A DNA stretch of 64,000 bases, taken from assembly GCA_963721455.1 (NCBI GenBank), contig CAVRJG010000003.1, positions 45,300 to 109,299 of the forward strand, given 5' to 3'. Below, one piece after another: positions 1-10,563 of the stretch (the stretch's first letter is position 1; each line of letters opens with the position of its first letter). Under the pieces are notes generated by a model, which saw only the letters and a list, made by a program, of their open reading frames with translations, was not told the origin of the DNA and searched no databases. The stretch is from an uncultured Methanosarcinaceae archaeon (lineage in GTDB: Archaea; Halobacteriota; Methanosarcinia; Methanosarcinales; Methanosarcinaceae). Position numbers and translations under genes: made by a program.

Positions 1-1916
1 ACGGTGATGTCCATTGATTTTTCATTGCTGTGACCATCAGCGTTTGTTGCAACCAGTGTAACTGTGTATGTTCCCGCGCCATTGAATGTATGTTCAGGAC
101 TCTGAGCGGTTGAAGTACTTCCGTCTCCAAAGTTCCATGCCCATCCGGTTGGACTGTTGGTAGATTTGTCAGTGAACTTCACAGTAAGAGGAGTTGTTCC
201 TTCGGTCTTATCTGCAGCGAAGTTTGCAACTGGCGGTGTCAGTACACTGTTTACGGTAATATCCATTGATCTCACATCGCTGGAACCACCAGCGTTTGTT
301 GCAACCAGTGTAACATGGTATGTCCCTTCACCACTGAACGCGTGTACAGGATTCTGCTCGGTTGAAGTACTTCCATCCCCGAAGTTCCACTCCCATCTGT
401 TTGGATTGTTGGTGGATGTGTCAATGAACTTCACAGTAAGATCTGCAGTAAAGTATGCAACTGGAGCTATTAGTTCGGATTTTGAGGCATAAACCGTATT
501 TCCATCCGGGCCTATGTTAATTCTGTTTCCGTTAGGTTCCGGTTCATTAGAATAGTCCGATAAAGGATCTCCGGCATTGATGCATGGGGAACTTACGCTG
601 TCATTTACCCAACCGCTCCCGTTCCATCGCCCTACTTTTGACTTTAAATGGTAATCATGGTTGTTTCTGTCTGCATACTGCGGATCTGCCTGTATATCCG
701 TAGATGATGCCTCTACATTCAAATAATCGCCGCCGGCGTTATTATAGAAACAATTGTTCTGTAAAACAAAGGAGTGGGTGCCTGTAAGTAAATTCGATAT
801 GCCAGCTCCGTTTCCTCCCGCTGATGAGGATTGGGTAGTGTTTGTTATAATGTTATTTCTCGCCGTAATGACATATCCTGAGCCATCCAGAGCTGTAGAA
901 TACACATTTTTCTGTACAATTCCAGCTCCACAGGCTCCATCGATCACGTTATTTTCAATGGTAACGTTGAATCCATCGGACACGATCCCCCCTATTTCTT
1001 TACGGCTGGAGTTGGTTCCGGTATCGTAGATTTGATTATGATGGATATGGACATTTGCCGAAGAATTGAGATAAGATCCTGATCCGAAGATCCAGATTCC
1101 AGAAAGTACAGTCCTGTATATCGTGTTGTTATACACCTCAATATCATCCATTACAGATGTTCCGTGCTTCTGAATTTCGATTCCTGCACCTCCTGAGCCT
1201 TCAGATGTGATATTATTGTTGTAGAAACTCACGTGGTTTGTGTTATAAACTCTCAGTCCACTGTTTGTGCTGCAGGTTATCCTGTTATTGTAGGCTTCCA
1301 CATACAAGCTGTTGGTGGCATATAGAACATCATGTCCCAGTAAATATGCCTCATTATCATGGAAGCTTATATTAGAACAACTTCTAGTTTTTAGGCCATC
1401 TCCACGGTTATTGGTCAGATACATATCGTGTACATCAATATTCTGACAATTGCTCAAGTTGATAAGGTTATAGTAACCGCTTCCGTCCTTAACGTTAGTG
1501 TTTCCTTTGCGGTTTCCATCAATTGCAAAACCCTTGATATTAATATTATGGTTTCCGAAGCTGTCCATTTGCGTAATTATAGATTTTTCTATGGGCCAGC
1601 CTGCGTTATCGGCTAATTTGATCACAGCTGTGGAGTCCCCTTCAAGAGTGGTGTTGTTGCCAATCAGAAGAGTATCGTCTATAACGTATGTGAATGGCCC
1701 TTTAAGGTGAACAGTTGTATAACTAGCGTTTTCAGCCGCGGACTGAAGGGCCAGGTTAATCTGCACGTGATCATTTGTTCCATTACAATTAAAATCGCCA
1801 CTACCATCTCCCGCAACGTAGACCATTGATGCAGGGGTCATACAAAAAGCAGTAGGAACGCTTATTAGCATATAGAGACACATAAGGAAAGAGAGCATTA
1901 GTTTTCGATTTTTCAT
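1..1916 (-). CDS. Secreted cell-surface protein, right-handed beta-helix (disaggregatase-related) plus PKD domains; runs off the left edge
   Basis: Manual translation from ATG at 1916: MKNRKLMLSFLMCLYMLISVPTAFC... signal peptide, then VYVAGDGSGDFNCNGTNDHVQIN; two PKD motifs (WEWNFGDGSTST, WAWNFGDGSTST) near 60-400. Absent from the ORF track because no stop lies in the window. Confidence 0.85.
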   Translation of the reverse strand, partial: MKNRKLMLSFLMCLYMLISVPTAFCMTPASMVYVAGDGSGDFNCNGTNDHVQINLALQSAAENASYTTVHLKGPFTYVIDDTLLIGNNTTLEGDSTAVIKLADNAGWPIEKSIITQMDSFGNHNINIKGFAIDGNRKGNTNVKDGSGYYNLINLSNCQNIDVHDMYLTNNRGDGLKTRSCSNISFHDNEAYLLGHDVLYATNSLYVEAYNNRITCSTNSGLRVYNTNHVSFYNNNITSEGSGGAGIEIQKHGTSVMDDIEVYNNTIYRTVLSGIWIFGSGSYLNSSANVHIHHNQIYDTGTNSSRKEIGGIVSDGFNVTIENNVIDGACGAGIVQKNVYSTALDGSGYVITARNNIITNTTQSSSAGGNGAGISNLLTGTHSFVLQNNCFYNNAGGDYLNVEASSTDIQADPQYADRNNHDYHLKSKVGRWNGSGWVNDSVSSPCINAGDPLSDYSNEPEPNGNRINIGPDGNTVYASKSELIAPVAYFTADLTVKFIDTSTNNPNRWEWNFGDGSTSTEQNPVHAFSGEGTYHVTLVATNAGGSSDVRSMDITVNSVLTPPVANFAADKTEGTTPLTVKFTDKSTNSPTGWAWNFGDGSTSTAQSPEHTFNGAGTYTVTLVATNADGHSNEKSMDIT

Positions 1917-2060
1917 TTATCGGCCTCGGTTATTATTATACAAGTCAAAAAATATTTAATATAACTCGACACACTTTGAGAATATATGCAGCATGTAATC
2001 ATAATATACTGTAGTGGAATTTTGAGTCCGTGTCTGCGGTATTTTTCAAAGTTAAGCTGA

Positions 2061-2190
2061 GAGTTCATCCCAAAACTCGAAATTTGGTTCTTGAGCCTTG
2101 CATTTCGAATAATCAATCAAGCTCATGATCATGAAAACAATCCTGAAAATTCTTGACGATTAAGAATAAAATGGCTTTTGGGATAGGCTT
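2061..2190. mobile_element. ~130-bp MITE-like element, same family as 43717-43847
   Basis: Imperfect terminal inverted repeats GAGTTCATCCCAAAA / TTTTGGGATAGGCTT; length and ATCCCAAAA core match the 43717 element; no clear TSD. Confidence 0.55.
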
Positions 2191-2949
2191 GATCAGAAGC
2201 CTTTCCCGGACTCCACCTACAGTATAAAAGAACAGATGTCTTTAAACAATATAAAAATTTTGATTCAGTTTAGATATGAGAAGAATAATCGGCTTTGTAG
2301 AAAACCTATCTAAACGGACATGAAATTCTTCGAATAACAGACATAAAAAAATGAAACTATTATTCACCTTAACTTTTATGACTATTGATTTCCTCATTAC
2401 CTTGGGCAGTAAGGTTGTCCACATTTTGGTTTTTCAAAACCGTACCTAAACTAATCAGTGAATTGCCATCGAAGGCTCAAATGTGACTCTGCTCACGCAT
2501 GCTAAATTGGCCTTTGAGGCAATTCCACTGCCCAAACAAATTTGGTGATCTAATTTGATTGAAGTCATAACCAAAGCTTGTGGTTTAGACATTCACAAAC
2601 TCTTTTTCATTGCCACAATTCTCAGTAGATCCGGTGAAAAGCAGCAACAACTTTTGATAGAAACGATGATGGAATTTTAGCCCTTAAAAAATGGGTTACG
2701 GTCTTCCCGTTTGCAAGAGTTTATGTTACTGTACCGGCGCTTGAGAAAAGAAGATTGATGATTGAAGTTGCCGGAAAATTTATTCACAACGTTGTCGATA
2801 AATCAGGAAAACTAGCTTATGTATTGATACGAAAAGTGAGTAGATTCTAACCTAAAAAGTAAAGAACCGTTTTTTAAAACCTTAAAATGAAGGTTACAAG
2901 AAAATGCTGGTATCCCTAATTTCAATACTCTATTTGTCTTTGTAAGCCT

Positions 2950-3357
2950 TTATTTCACTACGACAGTCCCCTTCATAGAAGGATGGATCGAACAATCATA
3001 ATTATAGGTTCCCGCGTCTGTAAACAGGAATTCGTATGTGTCTCCTTCCTCAAGTACCTCGGACTCAAAAGCAGGCCCTCTAACGGTATGAGCAGTTGAA
3101 TCCATATTCTTCCATCTTACGGTATCACCTGTCGATATTGCTACAGACTGCGGGTTAAAGGCAGAATTCTGAATATCAACTTCGACAATCTTGCCTTCAT
3201 CTATAGGTTGAGGCGTTACATCCGAAACCGGAGCTACAGGCGTTTCAACCGGAGTTACTACAGGCGTTTCTGCTGGAGTTGCCGGTTCATTTCCTGCACA
3301 TCCTATTGCCAGGAATATGCTAAGTAAGACCATGAAAATTACAGGTTCTTTTCTCAT
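2950..3357 (-). CDS. Cupredoxin (plastocyanin/amicyanin-like) blue-copper lipoprotein
   Basis: Lipobox LAIGC, Pro/Thr linker, type-1 Cu ligands AHTV ... YDCSIHPSM. Confidence 0.9.
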   Translation of the reverse strand: MRKEPVIFMVLLSIFLAIGCAGNEPATPAETPVVTPVETPVAPVSDVTPQPIDEGKIVEVDIQNSAFNPQSVAISTGDTVRWKNMDSTAHTVRGPAFESEVLEEGDTYEFLFTDAGTYNYDCSIHPSMKGTVVVK

Positions 3358-3805
3358 TCTTTCCCCCCATGAAAAATAAGGTGCTTTATAATTAATATTT
3401 TGATTTTATAATAGTTCCTACCAGTTTCTGAACTCAGTTCTTTTTATGATTTAATGTATTGTGCCAGAGCTTCTGGAACACGCATCCTCAGTTAACTCAG
3501 GAAATTTCCCTGTTTTCAGGTTTTACTTTCTCCTGGATTATAAACTGAAGCCCTCTAAAAATAGAATTTCCGGATGTATGCAGTACCTGCCGGACAATTA
3601 TAAAAATAGTTTCAACCCATGACAGGAATAGGGTAATTTTATCTAAAAAAGTGAAGCCATTTTTGTAAAAATTTGTTTTATGGGCAGAATCCTGATCATT
3701 ACTGACTGTCACTTAATAATTAGCCTTGACTCAGAGTTACTGGATACTCTGCCCATATCTTATTTCTTTTCAGTTGCCTCGGCAGGTATTACCTGCCAGG
3801 AGGAG

Positions 3806-4111
3806 TTACTTGACTACAGTGGTCCTAGTTGCAGTAGTATTATTGCCTTTTATAGTGGTCCTGGCTACAGTAGTGTTGTTACCCTGTATAGTGGTCCTAT
3901 TTACAGTAGTATTATTGCCCTCTATGGTGGTTCTGGTTACTTGTTTAGCCGGAGTTACTGCCTGAACCGGAGTTTCCTTTACAACTGTTTCCTTTGTTTC
4001 CTTTGTTTCCTTTACAACCGTTTCATTCGGAGCTTTCTCTTTCTGACCAGCGCATCCTATTGCGAGGAACACGCCGAGCAAAACTATCAATATAATCAGT
4101 GCTTTTCTCAT
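3806..4111 (-). CDS. Small Thr-rich lipoprotein with 12-aa repeats
   Basis: Lipobox LAIGC; three RTTIxGNNTT repeats with N-x-T sequons; GGGGG purine run just upstream of ATG. Confidence 0.75.
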   Translation of the reverse strand: MRKALIILIVLLGVFLAIGCAGQKEKAPNETVVKETKETKETVVKETPVQAVTPAKQVTRTTIEGNNTTVNRTTIQGNNTTVARTTIKGNNTTATRTTVVK

Positions 4112-4113
4112 TA

Positions 4114-4311
4114 TTTTCCCCCATACAATATAAGTTGCATTATAATTAATATTTTAAATTATATTTAAATTCCTACTAGCTACTGAACATAGTTCTTCTT
4201 ATGATCTGTCGTTTTCCCCCCATAAAATATAAGTTGCATTATAATTAATATTTTAAATTATATTTAAATTCCTACTAGCTACTGAACATAGTTCTTCTTA
4301 TGATCTGTCGT
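4114..4311. repeat. 99-bp tandem duplication of the lipoprotein promoter/leader
   Basis: TTTTCCCCCATA(C/A)AATATAAGTTGCATT...GATCTGTCGT occurs twice back-to-back, nearly identical. Confidence 0.95.
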
Positions 4312-4827
4312 ATGGTACCATAATTTCTCTGAAAATAGAGATATTCAGTTAACTCAATGCACTTCTTTATCTTCAGTTTTCATATTCTTCTAAATTACGA
4401 AAAAAGAGTTTCTAAAAGAGAGGCGGCAGAAAATCATATTCAACCTTGATGATCAATTAGAATATCAATTTCACCTCATTTATAAGGAAATGGGGCGTAA
4501 AATGATCTTAAAAAGTGAGGTCGTTTTTAAAGGCTTTTCGTTAAAGTGAGATTTTTCGACAATTCCGGTATTTCAAGCATCTAAATATCATTTGCCTTTG
4601 TATCGATCTTACTTCTTCACTGTTATATTCCTATTACTGTATCGCGTGAATCGAATACTCGTAGAAGTGCCTTTTCGGTAAACACGAACTTATTTGTTTC
4701 TTATTCCGGTTGCCAAACGAAAATTCACCTCTGCCTTTTATGCATTTAAGAATTCTCATATAATAAGCGAATTGCGCTATAAAGCGTCCGGGCTAGAGGC
4801 AAAGCCCTGAGTCACCACTTAAACGAT

Positions 4828-5132
4828 TTAGTAACCTTTTCTAGGAGTTACTTTGATTACTCCGGTTCCGCTTGTATTATTTCCAGCTTGAGTCGGCTGT
4901 ATGAGTGCCTTTTTTCTTTGAGTACTACCTAAAATCTTAGTTACATTACCAGTTGCGCTTTGGTTAGTAGTGGTATAGTTTTCAGTATAATTTTCAGCCG
5001 GAGTTACTTCTGTCAACCGGAGTTACTGTCTCATTTGGAGCTTCACCTTTCTGACCAGCGCATCCTATTGCAAGGAATATACACTGAACAATACTAACAG
5101 AATAACCAGTTCTTAACCAGTTCTTTTCTCAT
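4828..5132 (-). pseudogene. Third lipoprotein paralogue, frameshifted
   Basis: ATG at 5132; an 11-bp duplication AACCAGTTCTT (5104-5125) gives an early TAG; the LAIGCAGQKGEAPNET stretch, homologous to 3806-4111, is in another frame. Confidence 0.75.
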
Positions 5133-5387
5133 TATTTCCCCCACTTAAAATTATGTGCATTATTAACAGATTTGTAATTGATATCATGGTCTTATAACAA
5201 TTACTGCTAGATTCTGAACATAATTCTTCCTACAGGGTGGAAAATCGCTATACATTTAGATATTTCTTCCTTTCGGGTTTTATGAATGTATGTAAGATCC
5301 GGAATCTTTATTTTCTGCTTAGTTCTCCTTAAATTATAATACCGGGAATTCCAATATTATTAAATGACTTTTTTTTGGGGGGAGGTC

Positions 5388-6752
5388 ATGAAAATCAAAT
5401 CCGTTAATCCTTACACTGAAGAAGTAAACTGGACATATGACTCATTTTCTTTCGGGGAATGTGAAATCCGGATTGAAAATTCCAGGGCTGCTTTTTCCGG
5501 GTGGAGTTCATTGTCTGTTGAAGAAAGGGTAAAATATTTCTCAAGGGCTGGCGAGGTGCTTCGGCAGAATACCGAAATCTATGCCGAGATTATTACGAAG
5601 GAAATGGGAAAACCTATCCGGCAGTCGAGAGGCGAGGTTCAGAAATGCGCCCGGCTCTGTGACTATTACGCAGAAAATGCGGCCGGGTTTCTGAAAGATG
5701 AGGTTGTGGATACTGAGGCTGAGAAAAGCTATGTAACTTTTGAGCCGCTTGGAGTGATTCTCGGGATCATGCCCTGGAATTTCCCGTTCTGGCAGGTATT
5801 CAGGTTTGCAGTACCTGCAATGTGTGCAGGAAATGTGTGTGTGGTCAAACACGCCTCGAATGTGCCAAGATCGGCACTGGAGATTGAGAAAGTCTTCCTG
5901 GAGGCTGGATTTCCGGAGCATGTTTTCAATACCCTGTTAATTGACTCGAAGACTGCCATGGAGATTATTGAAGAGGATATGGTGGATGGAGTCTCATTTA
6001 CAGGCAGCATAGGTGCAGGCTCGGAAATAGGAGAGCTTGTGGGGGGAGCGATAAAGCCGCTTGTACTGGAGCTGGGGGGGTCTGACCCTTTCATAGTGCT
6101 TGAAGATGCCGATATCGAGAAGGCTGCGCAGGTCGCGGTAAAGTCCCGTTTTCTCAATACCGGACAGAGCTGTATTGCTGCCAAGAGGTTTATCGTTGTA
6201 GAAGATGTTGTGGTGGATTTTATTGAGGCATTTGAACTCAATATTCAGGAACTGAAAATAGGGGACCCGATGGATGAAGAAACCGATATCGGACCTGTTG
6301 CAAAGAAGGAATTTGTCGAGAGTCTTGAGAAGGTCCTGAAAGACGCGAAAAAGAAAGGGGCAGAGCCTCAAATTTTCGGAGAGAAGCCTGAAACGGGCTT
6401 CTTTTTCAGGCCGACCCTTATCCCTGCAGCCAGTTCAGACATGAAGGTCTGCAATATGGAAGTTTTCGGACCTATTGCGCCGATAATCATGGCAAAGGAC
6501 GAGAACGAGGCATTGGAAATCGCAAACTCCACAGAGTTCGGGCTTGGGGCCGAAGTCTGGTCCGGAAACCTGGAAAGGGCTGAAAGGCTGGCAAAAAGGA
6601 TCAGATCCGGATTTGTAGCTATCAATGGCATGGTTAAATCCGATCCGAGGCTTCCTTTTGGCGGGGTAAAGAAGTCCGGAGTAGGGCGAGAGCTTTCCCA
6701 CTATGGACTTAAGGAATTTGTGAATATCAAGACTGTCGTGGTTAACAAATGA
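5388..6752 (+). CDS. gabD: NAD(P)-dependent succinate-semialdehyde dehydrogenase (ALDH family)
   Basis: IMPWNFP, FTGS, LELGGSDP, GQSCIA, EVFGP, PFGGVKKSG motifs; GGAGG immediately upstream of ATG 5388. Confidence 0.85.
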   Translation: MKIKSVNPYTEEVNWTYDSFSFGECEIRIENSRAAFSGWSSLSVEERVKYFSRAGEVLRQNTEIYAEIITKEMGKPIRQSRGEVQKCARLCDYYAENAAGFLKDEVVDTEAEKSYVTFEPLGVILGIMPWNFPFWQVFRFAVPAMCAGNVCVVKHASNVPRSALEIEKVFLEAGFPEHVFNTLLIDSKTAMEIIEEDMVDGVSFTGSIGAGSEIGELVGGAIKPLVLELGGSDPFIVLEDADIEKAAQVAVKSRFLNTGQSCIAAKRFIVVEDVVVDFIEAFELNIQELKIGDPMDEETDIGPVAKKEFVESLEKVLKDAKKKGAEPQIFGEKPETGFFFRPTLIPAASSDMKVCNMEVFGPIAPIIMAKDENEALEIANSTEFGLGAEVWSGNLERAERLAKRIRSGFVAINGMVKSDPRLPFGGVKKSGVGRELSHYGLKEFVNIKTVVVNK

Positions 6753-6860
6753 AAGCTCCACAGGGCCTGAGAACTGATTGAAGCTTTATATTGAAAAGAC
6801 TCTCCAGAGTTGATTAGATAACCTGTTTAAGCTTGATAATTTGTTTAAGCTTGACCAGTA

Positions 6861-6950
6861 AACTTACCTCAAGCTTAACAAACAACTTACCTCAAGCTTA
6901 ACAAACAACTTACCTCAAGCTTAATAAACAACTTACCTCAAGCTTAATAA
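6861..6950. repeat. 23-bp tandem repeat, ~4 copies
   Basis: AACTTACCTCAAGCTTAA(C/T)AAAC contiguous units without spacers. Confidence 0.95.
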
Positions 6951-6956
6951 GTAAAC

Positions 6957-7006
6957 TAATTTAATTTAATTTAATTTAATTTAATTTAATTTAATTTAAT
7001 TTAATT
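6957..7006. repeat. (TAATT)10 microsatellite
   Basis: Read directly, ~50 bp upstream of the ThDP-enzyme start. Confidence 0.95.
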
Positions 7007-7053
7007 ACTTGAACAAGAGACATAACAATTGAATTATATTTTGAGAGGTTTTT

Positions 7054-8688
7054 ATGAAAGCTTCGGATCTTTTCGTTGCCCAGCTTGAAGAAGAAGATGT
7101 GGAGTATATTTTCGGACTGCCAGGCGAAGAAAACCTTGACTTGCTTGAATCTCTCAGGATTTCCAGAATCAAATTGATCGTAACAAGGCACGAACAGGCT
7201 GCAGCGTTTATGGCTGCGACCTACGGAAGGCTGACAGGGAAACCCGGGGTTTGTTTTTCAACTCTTGGTCCGGGAGCTACTAACCTGGTCACAGGCGTTG
7301 CCCAGGCCCAGCTTACAGGAGCTCCTTTTATCTCCATATCCGGGCAAAAGGCCCTGGCTGACAACTGGCAGGCACGTTTCCAGCTTGTAGACGTTGTCAG
7401 GATGATGGAGCCGCTCTGTAAAAAAGCCGTATCCATAACTGATCCGGGAATGATCCCTACAGTGATCCGGAACGCCTTCAAACATGCGGAAGCCGAAAGG
7501 CCGGGAGCTGTGCACATTGAACTTCCTGAAGATGTGGCTGAAGAAGAGACTGACGCAGTGGTGCAGAAGCGGAGCGAAATTAAAATTCCTTATCCTGATC
7601 CCGGAGCTGTCAAAGAAGCTGCGGCTATGATCTGTGAGGCTAAAAACCCCCTGATTATGGTTTCCTCAGGAGCGAACCGAAAATCGGTAACTGGGGAACT
7701 CGAAGATTTTGTCAGAAGGACAGGTATCTACCTTGTACATACCCAGATGGGGAAAGGTGTTGTTCCGGATGACTGCGTTCACAGCCTTTTTGCCACCGGA
7801 ATCCATGCCAGAGACTACGTTAACTGCGGAATTGACGGAGCTGACCTTATTATCACTGTGGGCTACGATATAGTGGAATACCCTCCCTACCTGTGGAACA
7901 GGAAACTGGACAAGCAGATCATAAATATCGATTTTGTAGAGTCCGTGCCTGACAGGTATTTTAACCCCACAGTAGAAATCATTGGAGATGTCGCCTCTTC
8001 AATCAGGGAACTTGCTGCAAGCATTCCGGGAAAACGGGAGTTTCCGACCTTTGAAAACACAAGGCATTTCATTGAGGAAAAAATAAATGCTATTGCCAGG
8101 AAAAGCTACCCTCCTATCCCGCAGGCGGTAGTTCAGAACGTCAGGAAGGTGCTTGGAAGGGAAGATATAATCACGCTGGACAACGGGATTTATAAGCTCT
8201 GGTTCTCTCGCCTTTACAAGACCTATGCCCCCAACACTATTCTCCTTGACAATGCCCTTGCAACTATGGGCGCAGGGCTCTCTGCAGGGATTACTGCAAA
8301 ACTTCTTCATCCGGAACGCCGCGTGCTTGCAGTCTGTGGGGACGGGGGTTTTATGATGAACTGCCAGGAGCTCGAGACCGCGGTTCGCTATGGAATCCCT
8401 GTGGTTGTCCTTATCCTCAATGACAATGGCTTTGGCTTTATTAAATGGAAGCAGAAAAAGATGCATTTTGAGGACTTCGGGCTGGACTACGGAAACCCTG
8501 ATTTCTCCCTTTTTGCCAGGAGTTTCGGGGCTGAAGGTTTCAGGATTAAAGAAGGTGATGACCTTGCAGAAGTCCTGGAGAGAGCTTTTGCCCTGAATAA
8601 AGTGGCGGTCATTGAATGTCCTATCGACTATTCCGTAAACTACGAGACTTTCTCGATCGAACTGGGAAAGCTTACATGTAAATTCTGA
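7054..8688 (+). CDS. ThDP-dependent enzyme of the acetolactate-synthase large-subunit family; by context probably 2-oxoglutarate decarboxylase
   Basis: FGLPGEENL, TRHEQAAAF, GPGATN, GDGGFMM...LNDN ThDP motif; no ilvN/ilvC nearby; follows SSADH. Confidence 0.85.
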   Translation: MKASDLFVAQLEEEDVEYIFGLPGEENLDLLESLRISRIKLIVTRHEQAAAFMAATYGRLTGKPGVCFSTLGPGATNLVTGVAQAQLTGAPFISISGQKALADNWQARFQLVDVVRMMEPLCKKAVSITDPGMIPTVIRNAFKHAEAERPGAVHIELPEDVAEEETDAVVQKRSEIKIPYPDPGAVKEAAAMICEAKNPLIMVSSGANRKSVTGELEDFVRRTGIYLVHTQMGKGVVPDDCVHSLFATGIHARDYVNCGIDGADLIITVGYDIVEYPPYLWNRKLDKQIINIDFVESVPDRYFNPTVEIIGDVASSIRELAASIPGKREFPTFENTRHFIEEKINAIARKSYPPIPQAVVQNVRKVLGREDIITLDNGIYKLWFSRLYKTYAPNTILLDNALATMGAGLSAGITAKLLHPERRVLAVCGDGGFMMNCQELETAVRYGIPVVVLILNDNGFGFIKWKQKKMHFEDFGLDYGNPDFSLFARSFGAEGFRIKEGDDLAEVLERAFALNKVAVIECPIDYSVNYETFSIELGKLTCKF

Positions 8689-8769
8689 TACGCGGAATTT
8701 CTGCATGGGCTTGCGGGTTAATTTACGCAAACCCTGTACCGTTAAAAATCAAACCCAGGGGGAAAATAA

Positions 8770-10563
8770 TTGGGAGGCGAAGGGAAAAAAGCAGGGTATC
8801 CTATCCATTCACATGATGTGGTCATAGTCGGGGCAGGACTGACAGGGCTCCGTGCAGCAATCGAGACTGTGGATCAGGGGCTTGACACGGCCATTATTTC
8901 CAAGGTGCACCCTCTCCGCTCCCATTCCGTGGCAGCCCAGGGAGGGATAAATGCAGCCCTCGGGAATGCCGTGGCTGAAGATTCCTGGGAAGACCACGCA
9001 TTTGATACGGTCAAGGGTTCGGATTATCTGGCTGACCAGGATGCAGTGGAAATCATGTGCAAAAACGCGCCTGCCGCAGTAATCGAACTTGAACATTTCG
9101 GGACCGTCTTTTCCCGGTTTCCTGACGGCAGGATCGCTCAGAGGCCTTTTGGAGGAGGGATGTTCCCAAGAACCTGCTATGCTGCAGACAGGACAGGGCA
9201 TAACATTCTGCACACGCTCTATGAACAGCTTATAGGCAGGGAGAAAAATAAAAAGTTTAAGGGTGGTAAGCTTACCTTTTATGAAGAGTTCTTTGTGACC
9301 TCCCTGGTAAAAGCCGGAGAATCTTCTTTTGAAGATGGTTCGGGGAAAGAGGAAAGGTGCGCAGGCTGTACTGCAGTAAACATCGCCAATGGGAGCCTGC
9401 ATGGTTTTACCTGCCATTCCCTGCTCCTTGCGACGGGAGGTTTTGGGAGGCTTTTTGCCCGTTCAACAAATGCCCTGATTAACACCGGAGACGGAGCTTC
9501 TCTGGCGCTCCGGGCAGGCGTACCTTTAAAGGACATGGAATTCGTGCAGTTTCACCCTACCACACTGTACGGCACAAATATCCTTATCACTGAAGGGGCA
9601 AGAGGAGAAGGAGGCTATCTTCTGAACAGCAGAAACGAACGCTTCATGGAGAAGTATGCCCCCGCATCCATGGAACTTGCTCCAAGGGATATAGTTTCCA
9701 GGGCCGCTCAGCAGGAAATAGATGAAGGCAGAGGATTTGAGGGCGGTTACGTGCTCCTTGACCTCAGGCACCTGAAAGAGAAAAAAATTGCAGAACGCCT
9801 GCCCGGGATAAGGCTTATTTCCCTGGACTTTGCAGGAGTTGACCCTGTTGAAGCTCCGATTCCCGTGCAGCCAGGCCAGCACTATTCCATGGGAGGGGTT
9901 TCGGCAGGAAATGACCTTGCAACTGAACTGCCCGGACTATATGCAGCAGGGGAATGCTCCTGCATTAGCGTGCATGGGGCAAACCGGCTCGGGGGCAATT
10001 CACTGCTTGAAACTGTGGTTTTCGGAAAGCTTGCAGGGCAGGAAATTGGAAAGTCTTTCCCGGCTTCAGGAACCTGGGACGGGAAAGGGGCCGAACATGC
10101 TGTCCTTGAATGCCTGTCCGGAGAGGATGCGAGGATAAAAGCACTGCTTGCCAGGGAATCCGGAATAAAAATGCATGGTCTCAGGGATGAACTGAAGAAT
10201 ATGATGTTTGAGTACTTCGGGGTCTTTCGCGAAGGAAAGAGGATGGAAAAAGGGCTGGAAAAACTCATTGAACTCAAAGCCCGTTACCCTGAAGTCTATA
10301 TCGATAACAAATCCGCTCTATTTAACTACGCACTTATTTATACACTCGAACTTGAGGGATTATTTGATATCGCAGAAGCTGTTGCCAGGGGTGCCATTGC
10401 CAGGCAGGAAAGCCGGGGGTCTCATTCAAGGGCTGACTACCCGGATAGGGATGACGAGAGGTTCCTCTACCATACGATCTACAGGCTAAAAGGCGGAAAA
10501 CCTGCGCTTGAATCCCTGCCTGTAAGGCTCGGGAAATTCCCTGTAAAGGAGCGTGTATACTGA
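8770..10563 (+). CDS. sdhA: Succinate dehydrogenase/fumarate reductase flavoprotein subunit
   Basis: GAGLTG dinucleotide fold, [12 protein letters not shown] (covalent-FAD His), [36 protein letters not shown]. Confidence 0.92.
   Translation: MGGEGKKAGYPIHSHDVVIVGAGLTGLRAAIETVDQGLDTAIISKVHPLRSHSVAAQGGINAALGNAVAEDSWEDHAFDTVKGSDYLADQDAVEIMCKNAPAAVIELEHFGTVFSRFPDGRIAQRPFGGGMFPRTCYAADRTGHNILHTLYEQLIGREKNKKFKGGKLTFYEEFFVTSLVKAGESSFEDGSGKEERCAGCTAVNIANGSLHGFTCHSLLLATGGFGRLFARSTNALINTGDGASLALRAGVPLKDMEFVQFHPTTLYGTNILITEGARGEGGYLLNSRNERFMEKYAPASMELAPRDIVSRAAQQEIDEGRGFEGGYVLLDLRHLKEKKIAERLPGIRLISLDFAGVDPVEAPIPVQPGQHYSMGGVSAGNDLATELPGLYAAGECSCISVHGANRLGGNSLLETVVFGKLAGQEIGKSFPASGTWDGKGAEHAVLECLSGEDARIKALLARESGIKMHGLRDELKNMMFEYFGVFREGKRMEKGLEKLIELKARYPEVYIDNKSALFNYALIYTLELEGLFDIAEAVARGAIARQESRGSHSRADYPDRDDERFLYHTIYRLKGGKPALESLPVRLGKFPVKERVY

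Noticed and set aside
2455-2665. Imperfect hairpin (GAATTGCC...GGCAATTC) and a possible short interspersed element
   Set aside because: Only one copy in the window, weak terminal repeats and no TSD; cannot be supported without a genome search.
6861-6950. Possible CRISPR array (23-bp repeats)
   Set aside because: Units are contiguous with no unique spacers, and no cas genes are present.
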